Source: Candidatus Arthromitus sp. SFB-mouse-Japan
GTDB lineage: Bacteria; Bacillota; Clostridia; Clostridiales; Clostridiaceae
Direction of reading: 5' to 3'
NCBI RefSeq assembly: GCF_000270205.1
Contig: NC_015913.1
Coordinates: forward strand, 510,001 to 542,000
DNA: 32,000 bases
Shown here: one piece after another, positions 8,678 through 18,093 of the stretch
Layout: each line of letters begins with the position of its first letter
Numbering within the stretch: position 1 is the first letter of the stretch
Notes under the pieces: generated by a model
What the model was told of the DNA's origin: nothing
What the model saw: only the letters and a program-made list of their open reading frames with translations
Databases searched by the model: none
Program-made: the position numbers and the translations under genes

Positions 8678-9460
8678 TTGAATCATATAAGTAGTCTAGA
8701 TAATAAATTTTTTAAAGAAATTATGGGATTGAAAAATAAAAAAAATAGATGTAAAAGTAGGCTATATCTTATCGAAGGAATAAGGTTTGTAGAAGAAGCT
8801 ATAAAGAATAATTGTGAAATAAAATATATAGTAGTTTCTGAATCAAAGAAAGATTATATAATTGACAAATTTGAATTCCAAGATAAGCTATTTAATGTTA
8901 TGGTATTTTCAGATGAATTATTTGGGAAAATTAAGCAAACAGAAAATACTCAGGGTATAATTGCCTGTTTAAGGATTAAGGATACTATTATAAAATTTAA
9001 TTTTAATGAAGGAATATACTTTTTAATTGATAAAATTCAAGATCCAGGGAACTTAGGGACTATAATAAGAACTGCAGTTGCTGTTAATGCATTAGGTGTT
9101 ATATTGATGAAAGGTAGTGTTGATTTATATAATGATAAGGTTTTAAGAGCAACAATGGGTTCTATTTTTAAGATAAATATTAATTTTATAGAAAGCTATT
9201 TAGAATTAAATGAGTTTATAAAAAATGATTTTAAACTTGTTATAGCAGATGCTCATGGTGATAATAATTATTATCATGAAGATTTAAAAGGTAAGATTAT
9301 TTTAGCTGTTGGGAATGAAGGAAATGGAATTTCTGATGAAATTAAAAATTTTCATCATGTTAAAGTTCGTATTCCTATGTGTAATGATCTTGAATCTTTA
9401 AACGTTGCTCAGGCACTTAGTATTATTGCTTTTGAACGTGTGAGACAATTGGATGTGTGA
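8678..9460 (+). CDS. TrmH/SpoU family RNA 2'-O-methyltransferase (YsgA/RlmB-like)
   Basis: SpoU motifs [27 protein letters not shown] and [10 protein letters not shown]. Sits upstream of pheS, as ysgA does in Bacillus. Confidence 0.8.
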   Translation: MNHISSLDNKFFKEIMGLKNKKNRCKSRLYLIEGIRFVEEAIKNNCEIKYIVVSESKKDYIIDKFEFQDKLFNVMVFSDELFGKIKQTENTQGIIACLRIKDTIIKFNFNEGIYFLIDKIQDPGNLGTIIRTAVAVNALGVILMKGSVDLYNDKVLRATMGSIFKININFIESYLELNEFIKNDFKLVIADAHGDNNYYHEDLKGKIILAVGNEGNGISDEIKNFHHVKVRIPMCNDLESLNVAQALSIIAFERVRQLDV

Positions 9461-9475
9461 TTTTTGCAAATATGT

Positions 9476-9516
9476 TCCTTGATTTTAACCTGAATCAAGG
9501 AGTTTTTTTGTTTTTT
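9476..9516 (+). terminator. rho-independent terminator between the methyltransferase gene and pheS
   Basis: Stem tccttgatt / aatcaagga (9476-9484 / 9493-9501), 8-nt loop, then g-ttttttt-g-tttttt. Confidence 0.75.
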
Positions 9517-9540
9517 AGGTATATAGGGAGGATGATGATT

Positions 9541-10560
9541 TTGAAAGAAAAGTTAGATCAGTTATTTAATTCTGCAATTGAGCAACTTAAGAAAGTTGAT
9601 TCAATTAGTAAATTTGAAGAGTTAAGAGTTAGGTATTTAGGGAAAAAAAGTGAACTATCAAATATATTGAAGAATATGAAAAATTTGTCTAATGAAGAGA
9701 AAATTTCTACTGGGAAAATTATAAATGAGATAAAGAAGAAAATAGAGTTAAAATTTTCGGAGACTTTTGAGTCTATCAAGAACTTTGAGATAGAGAGAAA
9801 ATTAAAAGAAGAGATAATTGATATTACTTTACCAGGCAAGAAAATAGCTATTGGTCATAAAAATCCAATTCAAATTGTGCTGGATGAAATAAAAGAAATA
9901 TTTCTTAATATGGGATTTGTAATTGAAGAAGGTCCAGATATTGATACGGAATATTATAATTTTGAAGCTTTAAATATTTTAAAGGATCATCCAGCAAGGA
10001 GTGAGCAGGACACTTTTTATATAGATGACGATTATGTTTTGAGAACGCATACTTCTACTATTCAAATTAGAACGATGGAAAATAAAAAGCCACCTATAAA
10101 AATTATTGCACCAGGTCGTGTTTATAGATCAGATGAATTAGATGCAACACATTCTCCAATATTTTGTCAGATGGAAGGACTTGTTGTAGATAAAGATATC
10201 AGAATGTCTCATCTTAAATCTACTCTAAATAAATTTATAAAGTCTATGTTTGGTTCAGAGATTAAGACTAAGTTTAGGGCTCATCATTTTCCATTTACGG
10301 AACCTTCTGCTGAGATGGATGTTAGTTGTTTTGCTTGTAAAGGAAGTGGATGTTCTGTTTGTAAAAATAGTGGTTATATTGAGATATTAGGTTGTGGGAT
10401 GGTTCATCCTGATGTTCTTAGGAGATGTGATGTAGACCCTGAAGAGTATAGTGGATTTGCTTTTGGGTTTGGTATAGATAGAATGGTCATGCTTAAGTAT
10501 GGGATTGAAGATATAAGGCTTTTATATGAAAGTGATTTAAAATTTTTATCTCAATTTTAA
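9541..10560 (+). CDS. pheS: phenylalanine--tRNA ligase alpha subunit
   Basis: Class II motifs ([17 protein letters not shown]) and the Firmicute Cys cluster ([17 protein letters not shown]). Start is probably TTG 9541 (MKEKLDQL, GGGAGG at 9526-9531) or ATG 9532/9535. The ORF-track start at 9457 reads through the upstream terminator and is not credible. Confidence 0.9.
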   Translation: MKEKLDQLFNSAIEQLKKVDSISKFEELRVRYLGKKSELSNILKNMKNLSNEEKISTGKIINEIKKKIELKFSETFESIKNFEIERKLKEEIIDITLPGKKIAIGHKNPIQIVLDEIKEIFLNMGFVIEEGPDIDTEYYNFEALNILKDHPARSEQDTFYIDDDYVLRTHTSTIQIRTMENKKPPIKIIAPGRVYRSDELDATHSPIFCQMEGLVVDKDIRMSHLKSTLNKFIKSMFGSEIKTKFRAHHFPFTEPSAEMDVSCFACKGSGCSVCKNSGYIEILGCGMVHPDVLRRCDVDPEEYSGFAFGFGIDRMVMLKYGIEDIRLLYESDLKFLSQF

Positions 10561-10578
10561 TTTATAGGGGGATATTTA

Positions 10579-12939
10579 ATGAAAGTTTCATTTGAATGGA
10601 TTAAGGAATATTTTGATGAGGAATTAAAGTTGAATGATGTATGTGATAAGTTAACTATTAGTGGAACAAAGGTTGAAAATGTAGAATCTAATAAGGTTGA
10701 AGTTAAGAATATTGTTACTGGTCTTATTGAGGAAATAAAACCTCATCCAGATGCTGAAAAACTCGTTGTATGCAGTGTTAATATTGGAGAAAGTTATGTT
10801 CAAATAGTTACTGGTGCAAAGAATATGAAGGAAGGAGATATTGTACCTGTTGCATTGCATGGGGCGATTTTAGCAGATGGTACTAAGATTAAGAAAGGAA
10901 AGCTCCGCGGTGTTGAATCTCAGGGAATGATGTGTTCTGAAGAAGAATTAGGGCTTTGCGACCATGCTGATGGACTTATGATTTTGAAAGATGTTCCAAT
11001 TGGAGAAAATATAGTTAATGTTTTAGATTCAGGACAGGAGATTGTTGAATTTGAAATAACATCAAATCGTCCAGATTGCTTAGGAATTTTAGGAATAGCA
11101 AGAGAGATTAAAGCGATATATGGTTTTGATTTAAAAAATCCAAAATTTGATTTTAAATATAGTGGATGTAAGGATATTAATGATCTTTTAAGTGTTGATG
11201 TTCAAAATAAAGATTGTAGACGCTATTCTGCTAGAGTCATTGAAAATTTGAAAATTTGTGATTCGCCTAAATTTATACAAGATAGATTAATAGCGTCCGG
11301 AATTAGACCGATAAATAATATTGTGGATTTAACAAATTATGTAATGCTTGAGATAGGTCAACCAATGCATGCTTTTGATTATAATGTTGTTAGTAATTCA
11401 AAAATTATAGTTGGGAATACTATAAATGGTGATAAGTTTATTACTCTTGATGGTATAGAAAGAGAACTTGATGATTCTATAATCTGCATAAAAGATTCTG
11501 AAAAGGTATTAGCTTTAGGTGGGATTATTGGAGGAGAAAATTCGAAAGTTAATGATGATACTAAAAGAATTATACTTGAGAGTGCAAATTTTAAATTTGA
11601 TGTTATACGTAGGTCGTCAAGAAAATTAAATTTAAGATCTGAAAGTTCTTTAAGATTTGAAAAAAATATAGATGATAATTTGACTCTTATTGCTTTGAAT
11701 AGGTTTTGTAGTTTAGTTGAAGAATTATCTTATGGAGATGTAGTAAACGGAACAATAGATATAATAAATGAGAGTTATGAGAGAGTTAACATAGAGGTGA
11801 CTCCTCAATATATAAATAAATTTTTGGGGACTGATATATCTAAAGATAGTATTATAAAAATATTTAAAAATTTAGATATGGAAGTAAAAGAGGATAATGA
11901 ACTTTTAATAGTAACACCTCCTACATTTAGACGTGATATATTTATTAAAGAGGATTTGGCTGAGGAGATTGCGAGAATTTATGGGTATGATCAAATTAAA
12001 GAGGAAGATTTAAAGAGTGTATCACAGGAGATTGGTAAAACTAAAAAGCAAAAATTTATTGATAATATTTTAAATACGATGATATCTTTAGGATTTAGTC
12101 AATCAATGAGTTATTCATTTTATAGTCCAAGATCTTTTGACAAGATGAATTTGGAGAAAGATAATGAACTAAGAGATGCAATTACTATAAGAAATCCATT
12201 AGGGGAAGATTATAGTGTAATGAGAACAACTATGGTTCCATCTATGATTGAAGCTTTATATAGAAATATTTCTTATTCAAATAGTGAAGCTTGTATATTT
12301 GACATAGGTAAGACATATGGCAGAGGTAAGGATGGGAAAATTTTAGAAAATAATGTTTTAGCTATGGGAATGTATGGTAAAAATTTTGATTACTTTACCA
12401 TAAAGGGAGTTATTGAATCCTTATTTGAACATATTGGTATAACTTTTATGCTTGAGAGAGAAGGAGAAGTTTTTTATCATCCGGGTAAATCAGCAAGAAT
12501 AGTCTTAGGGAAAAATGTATTAGGTAAATTTGGATCAATTCATCCTTATGTGCTCAGAAATTATGATGCTAAGGTAGAATTATTTATTTGTGAAGTTTAT
12601 TTAGATAAGATCTTTAACTTTTATAAATCTGATAAAAAATATAAGCAAATTCCTAAATATCCGAGTGTAACTTTTGATTTAAATGTGGTTGTGGATGAGG
12701 ATGTATTAGTTCAAGATATAGAAAAGATTATTAAATCAAAGTCTGGCAATATTTTAGAAAGTTTGAATATTTTTGATATTTATAGAGGATCACAAGTTCC
12801 TGAGGGTAAAAAAAGTATATCTTATAGTATAATATTTAGAGATAGAAGCAAAACTTTAAATGATAAAGAAATAAATAAGTTAATTGAGATTATCTTAAAT
12901 GCTCTTAAATTAAGTTTAGGGGCAGAACTTAGAAAGTAA
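10579..12939 (+). CDS. pheT: phenylalanine--tRNA ligase beta subunit
   Basis: MKVSFEWIKEY.. with an N-terminal tRNA-binding domain (PHPDAEKLVVCSVNIG). B3/4 and B5 regions, 786 aa, directly after pheS. Confidence 0.95.
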   Translation: MKVSFEWIKEYFDEELKLNDVCDKLTISGTKVENVESNKVEVKNIVTGLIEEIKPHPDAEKLVVCSVNIGESYVQIVTGAKNMKEGDIVPVALHGAILADGTKIKKGKLRGVESQGMMCSEEELGLCDHADGLMILKDVPIGENIVNVLDSGQEIVEFEITSNRPDCLGILGIAREIKAIYGFDLKNPKFDFKYSGCKDINDLLSVDVQNKDCRRYSARVIENLKICDSPKFIQDRLIASGIRPINNIVDLTNYVMLEIGQPMHAFDYNVVSNSKIIVGNTINGDKFITLDGIERELDDSIICIKDSEKVLALGGIIGGENSKVNDDTKRIILESANFKFDVIRRSSRKLNLRSESSLRFEKNIDDNLTLIALNRFCSLVEELSYGDVVNGTIDIINESYERVNIEVTPQYINKFLGTDISKDSIIKIFKNLDMEVKEDNELLIVTPPTFRRDIFIKEDLAEEIARIYGYDQIKEEDLKSVSQEIGKTKKQKFIDNILNTMISLGFSQSMSYSFYSPRSFDKMNLEKDNELRDAITIRNPLGEDYSVMRTTMVPSMIEALYRNISYSNSEACIFDIGKTYGRGKDGKILENNVLAMGMYGKNFDYFTIKGVIESLFEHIGITFMLEREGEVFYHPGKSARIVLGKNVLGKFGSIHPYVLRNYDAKVELFICEVYLDKIFNFYKSDKKYKQIPKYPSVTFDLNVVVDEDVLVQDIEKIIKSKSGNILESLNIFDIYRGSQVPEGKKSISYSIIFRDRSKTLNDKEINKLIEIILNALKLSLGAELRK

Positions 12940-12960
12940 CAAATAAGGAGGCAATTAAAT

Positions 12961-13989
12961 ATGAAGTTGATATTATTTGATGCGAAGAAATATGATAAGG
13001 ATTATTTTGATAAGTATTCTAAAGAGGCTAATGTAGATATTGTTTATGAAGAGCAGAAACTTACACCTGAAACGTCTCATTTAGCGAATGGATATGATGC
13101 AGTTTGTGTATTTGTTAATGATATTGTTAATAGAGAAGTTATTGATAAGTTATGTGAATTTGGAATTAAGTTAATTGTTTTAAGATGTGCAGGATATAAT
13201 GGAGTTGATATTAAATATGCAAAGAACAAGATAACCGTGGTTAGAGTTCCAGCATATTCACCAAATTCAATTGCAGAAATATCAATTGGGATGATATTAA
13301 CATTAACAAGAAAAATTAACAAGGCTATTGAAAAAACAAGAAATTATAACTTTTCACTTGAAGGATTAGTAGGATTTGATTTGTTTAATAGAACTGTTGG
13401 TATAATTGGAACAGGTAAAATAGCACAAGAATTTATGAAAATTTTATCTGGTATAGGTATGAAAATATTAGCTTATGATGTGTATCCAAATTATGAAATT
13501 GAAAAAGAACTAGGATTTAAATATGTTGATTTAGATACTATTTATAGAGAAAGTGATGTTATTTCCTTACATTGTCCATTAACAAGTGATAATGCACATA
13601 TGATAAATAAGGATTCAATATCTAATATGAAAAATGGAGTTATAATTTTAAATACAGCTAGAGGAATGTTAATTGATACAAAAGCCTTAATCGATGCAAT
13701 AAAATCTGGAAAAATTTATGGTGCAGCTTTGGATGTATATGAAAATGAAAAAAATTATTTCTTTAATGATTGTTCAAAGACGGGTGTTGATGATGAAATT
13801 CTAAAAGAACTTTTATCACTTGATAATGTTATAGTTTTCTCGCATCAAGCTTATTTAACAGAAGAAGCACTAACAAGTATTGCATTAATTTCATTAAATA
13901 ATATCAAAAAGTTTTTAAATAATGAATTTTTAAATAATGAAGTATTTTATGATGAGACACAAGATAAGATAGTTGATTTTAGGAAATAG
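12961..13989 (+). CDS. ldhA: D-lactate dehydrogenase (fermentative, D-isomer-specific 2-hydroxyacid dehydrogenase)
   Basis: Collinear with the E. coli LdhA sequence I remember (NFSLEGL.GF, GIIGTGKI, DVISLHCPLT, NTARG.LID, LDVYENE, SHQAYLTEEALTSI). AAGGAGG RBS lies 21 nt after the pheT stop, with no intervening terminator. Confidence 0.8.
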   Translation: MKLILFDAKKYDKDYFDKYSKEANVDIVYEEQKLTPETSHLANGYDAVCVFVNDIVNREVIDKLCEFGIKLIVLRCAGYNGVDIKYAKNKITVVRVPAYSPNSIAEISIGMILTLTRKINKAIEKTRNYNFSLEGLVGFDLFNRTVGIIGTGKIAQEFMKILSGIGMKILAYDVYPNYEIEKELGFKYVDLDTIYRESDVISLHCPLTSDNAHMINKDSISNMKNGVIILNTARGMLIDTKALIDAIKSGKIYGAALDVYENEKNYFFNDCSKTGVDDEILKELLSLDNVIVFSHQAYLTEEALTSIALISLNNIKKFLNNEFLNNEVFYDETQDKIVDFRK

Positions 13990-14002
13990 ATTAGTAAGTT
14001 TA

Positions 14003-14037
14003 TTGCAGTAATAATCACTATTACTGCAAATTTTTTT
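14003..14037 (+). terminator. rho-independent terminator after ldhA
   Basis: 11-bp perfect stem ttgcagtaata / tattactgcaa, 5-nt loop, then a-ttttttt. Confidence 0.85.
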
Positions 14038-14076
14038 AAGAATTTATATATAGAGTCATATGAGGAGCAGATGAGG

Positions 14077-14787
14077 ATGAAGAGATATAAAAATTTAGCA
14101 CTATTTTTAGTTATAGTTTTATTGATGGTAATACAAAATAATTTGTTTTTAAATATGAGTGTACATGCTATAACAAATAGATATTTTGAGGATACTTTTG
14201 AAATAAGTGTAGCAGGACTTCCAAGCAAGTATGACAATATAAAGTGTAGTTTAGAAGATGTAAGGGTTGAAATAAAGGGGGACAAGATAGTAATATTGGA
14301 TCTCGTACCTGATCAAGTTTATCATGACGTTAAAATTACATTTACAGATGATATTGGAAGGAAATATGAATTTAATTTTGACAATGTTATAACTTCACTT
14401 CCAAATAAAGCAAACAATAAATTTGTTTATGATGCTTATTCAAATGGTTTAGGTAGAAAACCAGAGCATACAGGATTTAAATATTGGTTTGGAAGATTAA
14501 GTAGTGCTACTATTACAGCTGTGGATTTTATAAATGAGATGGTGAATTCGGAAGAATTTAATTTAATTTATAAAACACCAAGGGAAAAAATAGGAGCATT
14601 ATATAAAACTGTAGTTGGAAGAGAAGCAGAAAAGGAAGGACTTGACTTTTGGTTAAATCAATTTAATTTGTTAGTAGAAGAAGACGGTATGGAAAGCAGT
14701 GAGGCGGTATCAGATTTAGTAAATAGAATGGTAAGTGAGAATGAATTTAAGAGTATAGTAAAAGAAGCGGGATTTATATACAATTAA
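14077..14787 (+). CDS. secreted DUF4214 domain-containing protein
   Basis: Signal peptide (KNLALFLVIVLLMVIQ...VHA). Two DUF4214-like repeats (FVYDAYSNGLGRKPEHTGFKYWFGRL...SEEF and LYKTVVGREAEKEGLDFWLNQF...ENEF). ATG 14077 has better spacing to GAGGAG (14062-14067) than the ORF-track ATG 14071. Confidence 0.7.
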   Translation: MKRYKNLALFLVIVLLMVIQNNLFLNMSVHAITNRYFEDTFEISVAGLPSKYDNIKCSLEDVRVEIKGDKIVILDLVPDQVYHDVKITFTDDIGRKYEFNFDNVITSLPNKANNKFVYDAYSNGLGRKPEHTGFKYWFGRLSSATITAVDFINEMVNSEEFNLIYKTPREKIGALYKTVVGREAEKEGLDFWLNQFNLLVEEDGMESSEAVSDLVNRMVSENEFKSIVKEAGFIYN

Positions 14788-14811
14788 AGGGAGATTTATA
14801 TCTCCCTTTTT
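14786..14811. terminator. hairpin terminator shared by convergent genes
   Basis: Stem aaagggagat / atctcccttt with a 4-nt loop. T-run on the plus strand, weaker T-rich tail on the minus strand. Confidence 0.7.
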
Positions 14812-14816
14812 ATATA

Positions 14817-15908
14817 TTAAAATAGTTTTAGACTTAGTTCATCACCATGATTATTGAAAAGATCAACAAATTTAATTTTTATAGTTATGTAGTCATCGAC
14901 TTCTAAAATAGATTCTTCTGTAAGTTCTGAATATTCACCATCATTTATTTTATACAATATTTTTTTAACTGAGTTGTGATTAGATAAATCTAGAGTTACT
15001 CTAAAAATTGAGTCGCTAGTCGAAACAGATGGAATGGTTGGTTTATTCAATATATCAGAGATTATTTCAATTAAGAAGTTGGCACATTTAGTTATATCAG
15101 TTACATTTGTTTCAGAAACAATTCTTATGAAATCAATATTATTGTTTAAAATGTTATTGAATTGGGTTTTATCTATGATTTCTGAAAAATTAATAAAGTT
15201 AAATGAATTAAATTTAATAGAATCGTTAACAAATGTAGATATTTTAGATTCAGTATTTAAATTTAGTACATTAACTTTATTAAGAGTATTCTCAAACTGT
15301 AAATCTATTATAGATAATATATCAAGATATAATACGTCATTTAGTGAACTATCAATAGAATTACTAAAACTTGATGAGTTATTAACAAATAGTATAGAAA
15401 GATGATATTTTTTGGTGAAATTTTCAAATAATCTGAGTATTTCAAATATTATTGAAATATTTTTTGGGCTGAACTCATTATTGGAATTAAAATATGTTGT
15501 GGTAATTAAAAGAGTTTTAGTATTAATATCGCCTAATTCAGATCTTTTAGTAAATAGAAGATTATTATTTTTTGATTGTTGTAGGAAATTATATTCAATT
15601 TCTTCATCAAATCCGATATTATCAAGAGTATTTATAATTTTTGCACTAATATTTTTTATGAATTCATCATTTGATGATGAGTCTTGGTATATTTTTTGCA
15701 GTTCATTAGATTGGGAATTTATATTTGATATTTCAAAAGTTACCTCATTAACGGTAAGATTTTTATTTGATCTATTAATTTCAACATTAACGTTAAATTT
15801 TTTAATAGTATTATTAGTTCCATAATATTTGTTTGATATAGTAGGTTGTGAACAAGATGTAATTGAAAAAATTATGAGAAATATAAAGAGATATTTTTGT
15901 AATTTCAT
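14817..15908 (-). CDS. Asn/Ser-rich lipoprotein, function unknown
   Basis: Signal with lipobox-like MKLQKYLFIFLIIFSITSC|SQP. ATG 15908 lies 8 nt after GAGGA, and the ORF-track GTG 15923 overlaps that RBS. The C-terminal roughly 80 aa look like a beta-sandwich domain (KILYKINDGEYSEL...IKIKFVDLFNNHGDE). Confidence 0.65.
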   Translation of the reverse strand: MKLQKYLFIFLIIFSITSCSQPTISNKYYGTNNTIKKFNVNVEINRSNKNLTVNEVTFEISNINSQSNELQKIYQDSSSNDEFIKNISAKIINTLDNIGFDEEIEYNFLQQSKNNNLLFTKRSELGDINTKTLLITTTYFNSNNEFSPKNISIIFEILRLFENFTKKYHLSILFVNNSSSFSNSIDSSLNDVLYLDILSIIDLQFENTLNKVNVLNLNTESKISTFVNDSIKFNSFNFINFSEIIDKTQFNNILNNNIDFIRIVSETNVTDITKCANFLIEIISDILNKPTIPSVSTSDSIFRVTLDLSNHNSVKKILYKINDGEYSELTEESILEVDDYITIKIKFVDLFNNHGDELSLKLF

Positions 15909-15933
15909 TAGTAAAATCCTCACTAAGTTAAGT

Positions 15934-16197
15934 TTAGTTTATGTTATTTTTTATATTATTTAGTCTTGAATCTATAGAGTTCATTAAAGTATTTTGTGTA
16001 GAGTTAGCATAATTGTTTATATTTAGATTATTGGCTTCCAGTATTTTTTTGATTTCTCCCAATTCGGAGTCAATATTATTGAGTTCAATTTCACTATAAT
16101 TTGTATTAAAGTTATCTAAATAAGAATTTATATTATTCATATTTGAATTTATTTGATTAACAGAGTTTAATAAATTTTTTATTTTAGGGTCATTCAT
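15934..16197 (-). CDS. small Asn-rich helical protein, function unknown
   Basis: ATG 16197 lies 8 nt downstream of GGAGG. 10-nt gap to the downstream lipoprotein gene (probable operon). 27 of 87 residues are Asn by my count. No signal peptide or TM segment. Confidence 0.5.
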   Translation of the reverse strand: MNDPKIKNLLNSVNQINSNMNNINSYLDNFNTNYSEIELNNIDSELGEIKKILEANNLNINNYANSTQNTLMNSIDSRLNNIKNNIN

Positions 16198-16328
16198 CTT
16201 ATATTCCTCCAAAAAATAATTATAATATTAAATTATGTAAAAATAAACTTTAAAGGTTACAATTATAAAAATTAAATGTACATTTTTTAAAACAACAACT
16301 AATAAAATAAAAAAATAAAATAGAATTT

Positions 16329-17267
16329 TTGGAGGGTAATGTGACCAAAATTAAACTATTTAATTTTATTTTATTTATGAACTTTATTATATATATTTTT
16401 TCAAATTTAATTATATTTAAATATGTTACACAAAGTACATATTATGTATTTTACATGTGTTTAAGAGATATAATATTATTTTTATTTTCTATAGCACTGT
16501 ATTTAAATTTTTATAATTCTAGAATAAGTTCAATGTTAGTATTTCCAAAATTAAACGGTAAAATTATTAAAAATTCAATAATAATTGGAGTTTCATTTTA
16601 TTTAATAGCTAATGGTGCAAATTTAATTTTCACATCGATATTTAAATTTACTTTAGGTAATGGATTTTATTTGAATAGTATTTATATTAAGGATTATTTT
16701 GGTTTTGAATTTATTGTATATATTTTTATTCATACAATTTTTACAGAATTATTTTTTAGATGTATTTTAAAAGATGCATTTAGATTTTTATCAAATAAAT
16801 CTAGATTAATATTAACATCTATTATATTTTCATTTTTCTTTTTTGGATTGTCACAAATTGTATATGGATTTATCATTGGCATTTTGCTCATGAGTTTTTT
16901 AGATAGGATAGGAAGTGTAACTACCATAATAATAACTAGTTTAACCATAAATATAGCTGATTATTTTGTTAGGGTAATTGGAAATAATTTTACACAAACT
17001 TTAATTTCATATAAAACATTTTTCAAGAGTACTGATGTATTTGTTAATCTTATATTTCCAATTATTATAATTCTTATTGGGATGATAATTTATTCGATTT
17101 TGAGAGAGAACATAAACATAAATACTAAATCAGTTTCAGCTTTACCTCCAAATGTTAAAGAAGGTAATTTTAATACTAGTATAGATAGTGTAGCAGATAT
17201 TTATATTTTATTGTTTTTTGTAACATATTTTATTATCACATTCATAGGGTATAAAATATCTCTTTAA
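16329..17267 (+). CDS. polytopic membrane protein, CPBP (CAAX protease/Abi)-like with degenerate catalytic motifs
   Basis: The TELFFR motif, then FFGLSQ about 30 aa later, then a further hydrophobic segment about 40 aa later, mirror the CPBP motif order EExxxR / FxxxH / HxxxN. The first Glu and both His are missing. Start may be GTG 16341 rather than TTG 16329. Confidence 0.45.
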   Translation: MEGNVTKIKLFNFILFMNFIIYIFSNLIIFKYVTQSTYYVFYMCLRDIILFLFSIALYLNFYNSRISSMLVFPKLNGKIIKNSIIIGVSFYLIANGANLIFTSIFKFTLGNGFYLNSIYIKDYFGFEFIVYIFIHTIFTELFFRCILKDAFRFLSNKSRLILTSIIFSFFFFGLSQIVYGFIIGILLMSFLDRIGSVTTIIITSLTINIADYFVRVIGNNFTQTLISYKTFFKSTDVFVNLIFPIIIILIGMIIYSILRENININTKSVSALPPNVKEGNFNTSIDSVADIYILLFFVTYFIITFIGYKISL

Positions 17268-17341
17268 TTAAATTTTTAGTTCAGCTTTGTCGATTTGGAG
17301 AATATATTGAATTGTTAGCTGTTTAAAAGGAGTATTATTTT

Positions 17342-17575
17342 ATGTTTAAGAATAGATTAAGAAATTATGGTTTATGGGTATCTGTAGCAGCACTTATTCC
17401 TTTATTATTATCAGCATTTGGAATTAATCTTATTAATGAAGATAAATATGTACAGGTAATAAATTGTATATTGTCTATACTTGTAGCTCTAGGATTAATA
17501 AATAATCCAGATACAAATAATCGTTGGTATAAAGATGACAAAATAGAAGAGTGTAAAAATGAAAAGTTAAATTAG
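17342..17575 (+). CDS. phage holin, phiLC3 / Phage_holin_1-like family (orphan)
   Basis: 77 aa. The pattern MFKNRLRNYGLWVSVAALIPLLL...VINCILSILVALGLINNPDTNN..KDD matches the remembered family consensus (M..WK.RLKN...W..LI....L....G.......V.....A.LV.LGI..DPTTKG). Two TM segments and a charged C-tail. AAGGAG RBS and its own terminator. Confidence 0.65.
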   Translation: MFKNRLRNYGLWVSVAALIPLLLSAFGINLINEDKYVQVINCILSILVALGLINNPDTNNRWYKDDKIEECKNEKLN

Positions 17576-17584
17576 TTATTATTT

Positions 17585-17620
17585 GTGGGAATAAATGTTA
17601 ACATTTATTCCCACTTTTTT
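17585..17620 (+). terminator. rho-independent terminator after the holin-like gene
   Basis: Stem gtgggaataaatgt / acatttattcccac followed by tttttt. Confidence 0.85.
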
Positions 17621-17680
17621 GTATAAATAAACTCTATTATGGAAGTATAGATAATACATTAATAATAAAATGAGGATGAA

Positions 17681-18091
17681 ATGAAGAATAAACCATTACT
17701 AAGAAGTGTAATAGTTATTTTATGTATAGGACTATTTATAGATTTACATATAGAAACTGTTTATGCTAATATGAATCTTAATGAGAATATTGCAAATATA
17801 GATAGGATTGAAAAGCACTGGTGGGGATATAGAAGGTATATTAGTAGTGATCAGATATCTAAATTTTCAACTGAACTTGATTTATTAGCAGCTGAGCTTA
17901 GTTTAATTGGGGGATTGACGACTCCTATAAGTTTTTTAAATCCTTTAGCTGGAGTTATTGTAGGTAGTATGTTTGAAATAACATCATCTTATTGTTGGTT
18001 GTTATCTACTTATTTTATCAAGATAGATAAAGGTAATGGTATTATTGTAGATTTTGCAAATGGATTTATATTTAGAGTAAGGGCTATGTAG
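17681..18091 (+). CDS. small exported or membrane protein, function unknown
   Basis: Signal peptide (LLRSVIVILCIGLFIDLHIETVYA|N) and a central hydrophobic stretch (LSLIGGLTTPISFLNPLAGVIVGSMF). GAGGA RBS present. No family recognised. Confidence 0.55.
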   Translation: MKNKPLLRSVIVILCIGLFIDLHIETVYANMNLNENIANIDRIEKHWWGYRRYISSDQISKFSTELDLLAAELSLIGGLTTPISFLNPLAGVIVGSMFEITSSYCWLLSTYFIKIDKGNGIIVDFANGFIFRVRAM

Positions 18092-18093
18092 AT

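Noticed and set aside
9457-9540. A Phe-rich leader peptide ([22 protein letters not shown]...) upstream of pheS, analogous to E. coli pheM attenuation.
   Set aside because: The Phe codons come mainly from the T-runs of the terminator tail. The reading frame has no stop and simply runs into pheS. There is no RBS for it. It is an artefact of ORF extension across the terminator.
12940-13989. The 2-hydroxyacid dehydrogenase co-transcribed with pheST as a phenyllactate or phenylpyruvate-linked enzyme.
   Set aside because: The protein is collinear with fermentative D-lactate dehydrogenase LdhA, including the HQAYLTEEALTSI segment. The pheT-ldhA linkage is more likely incidental operon packing than a functional link to Phe.
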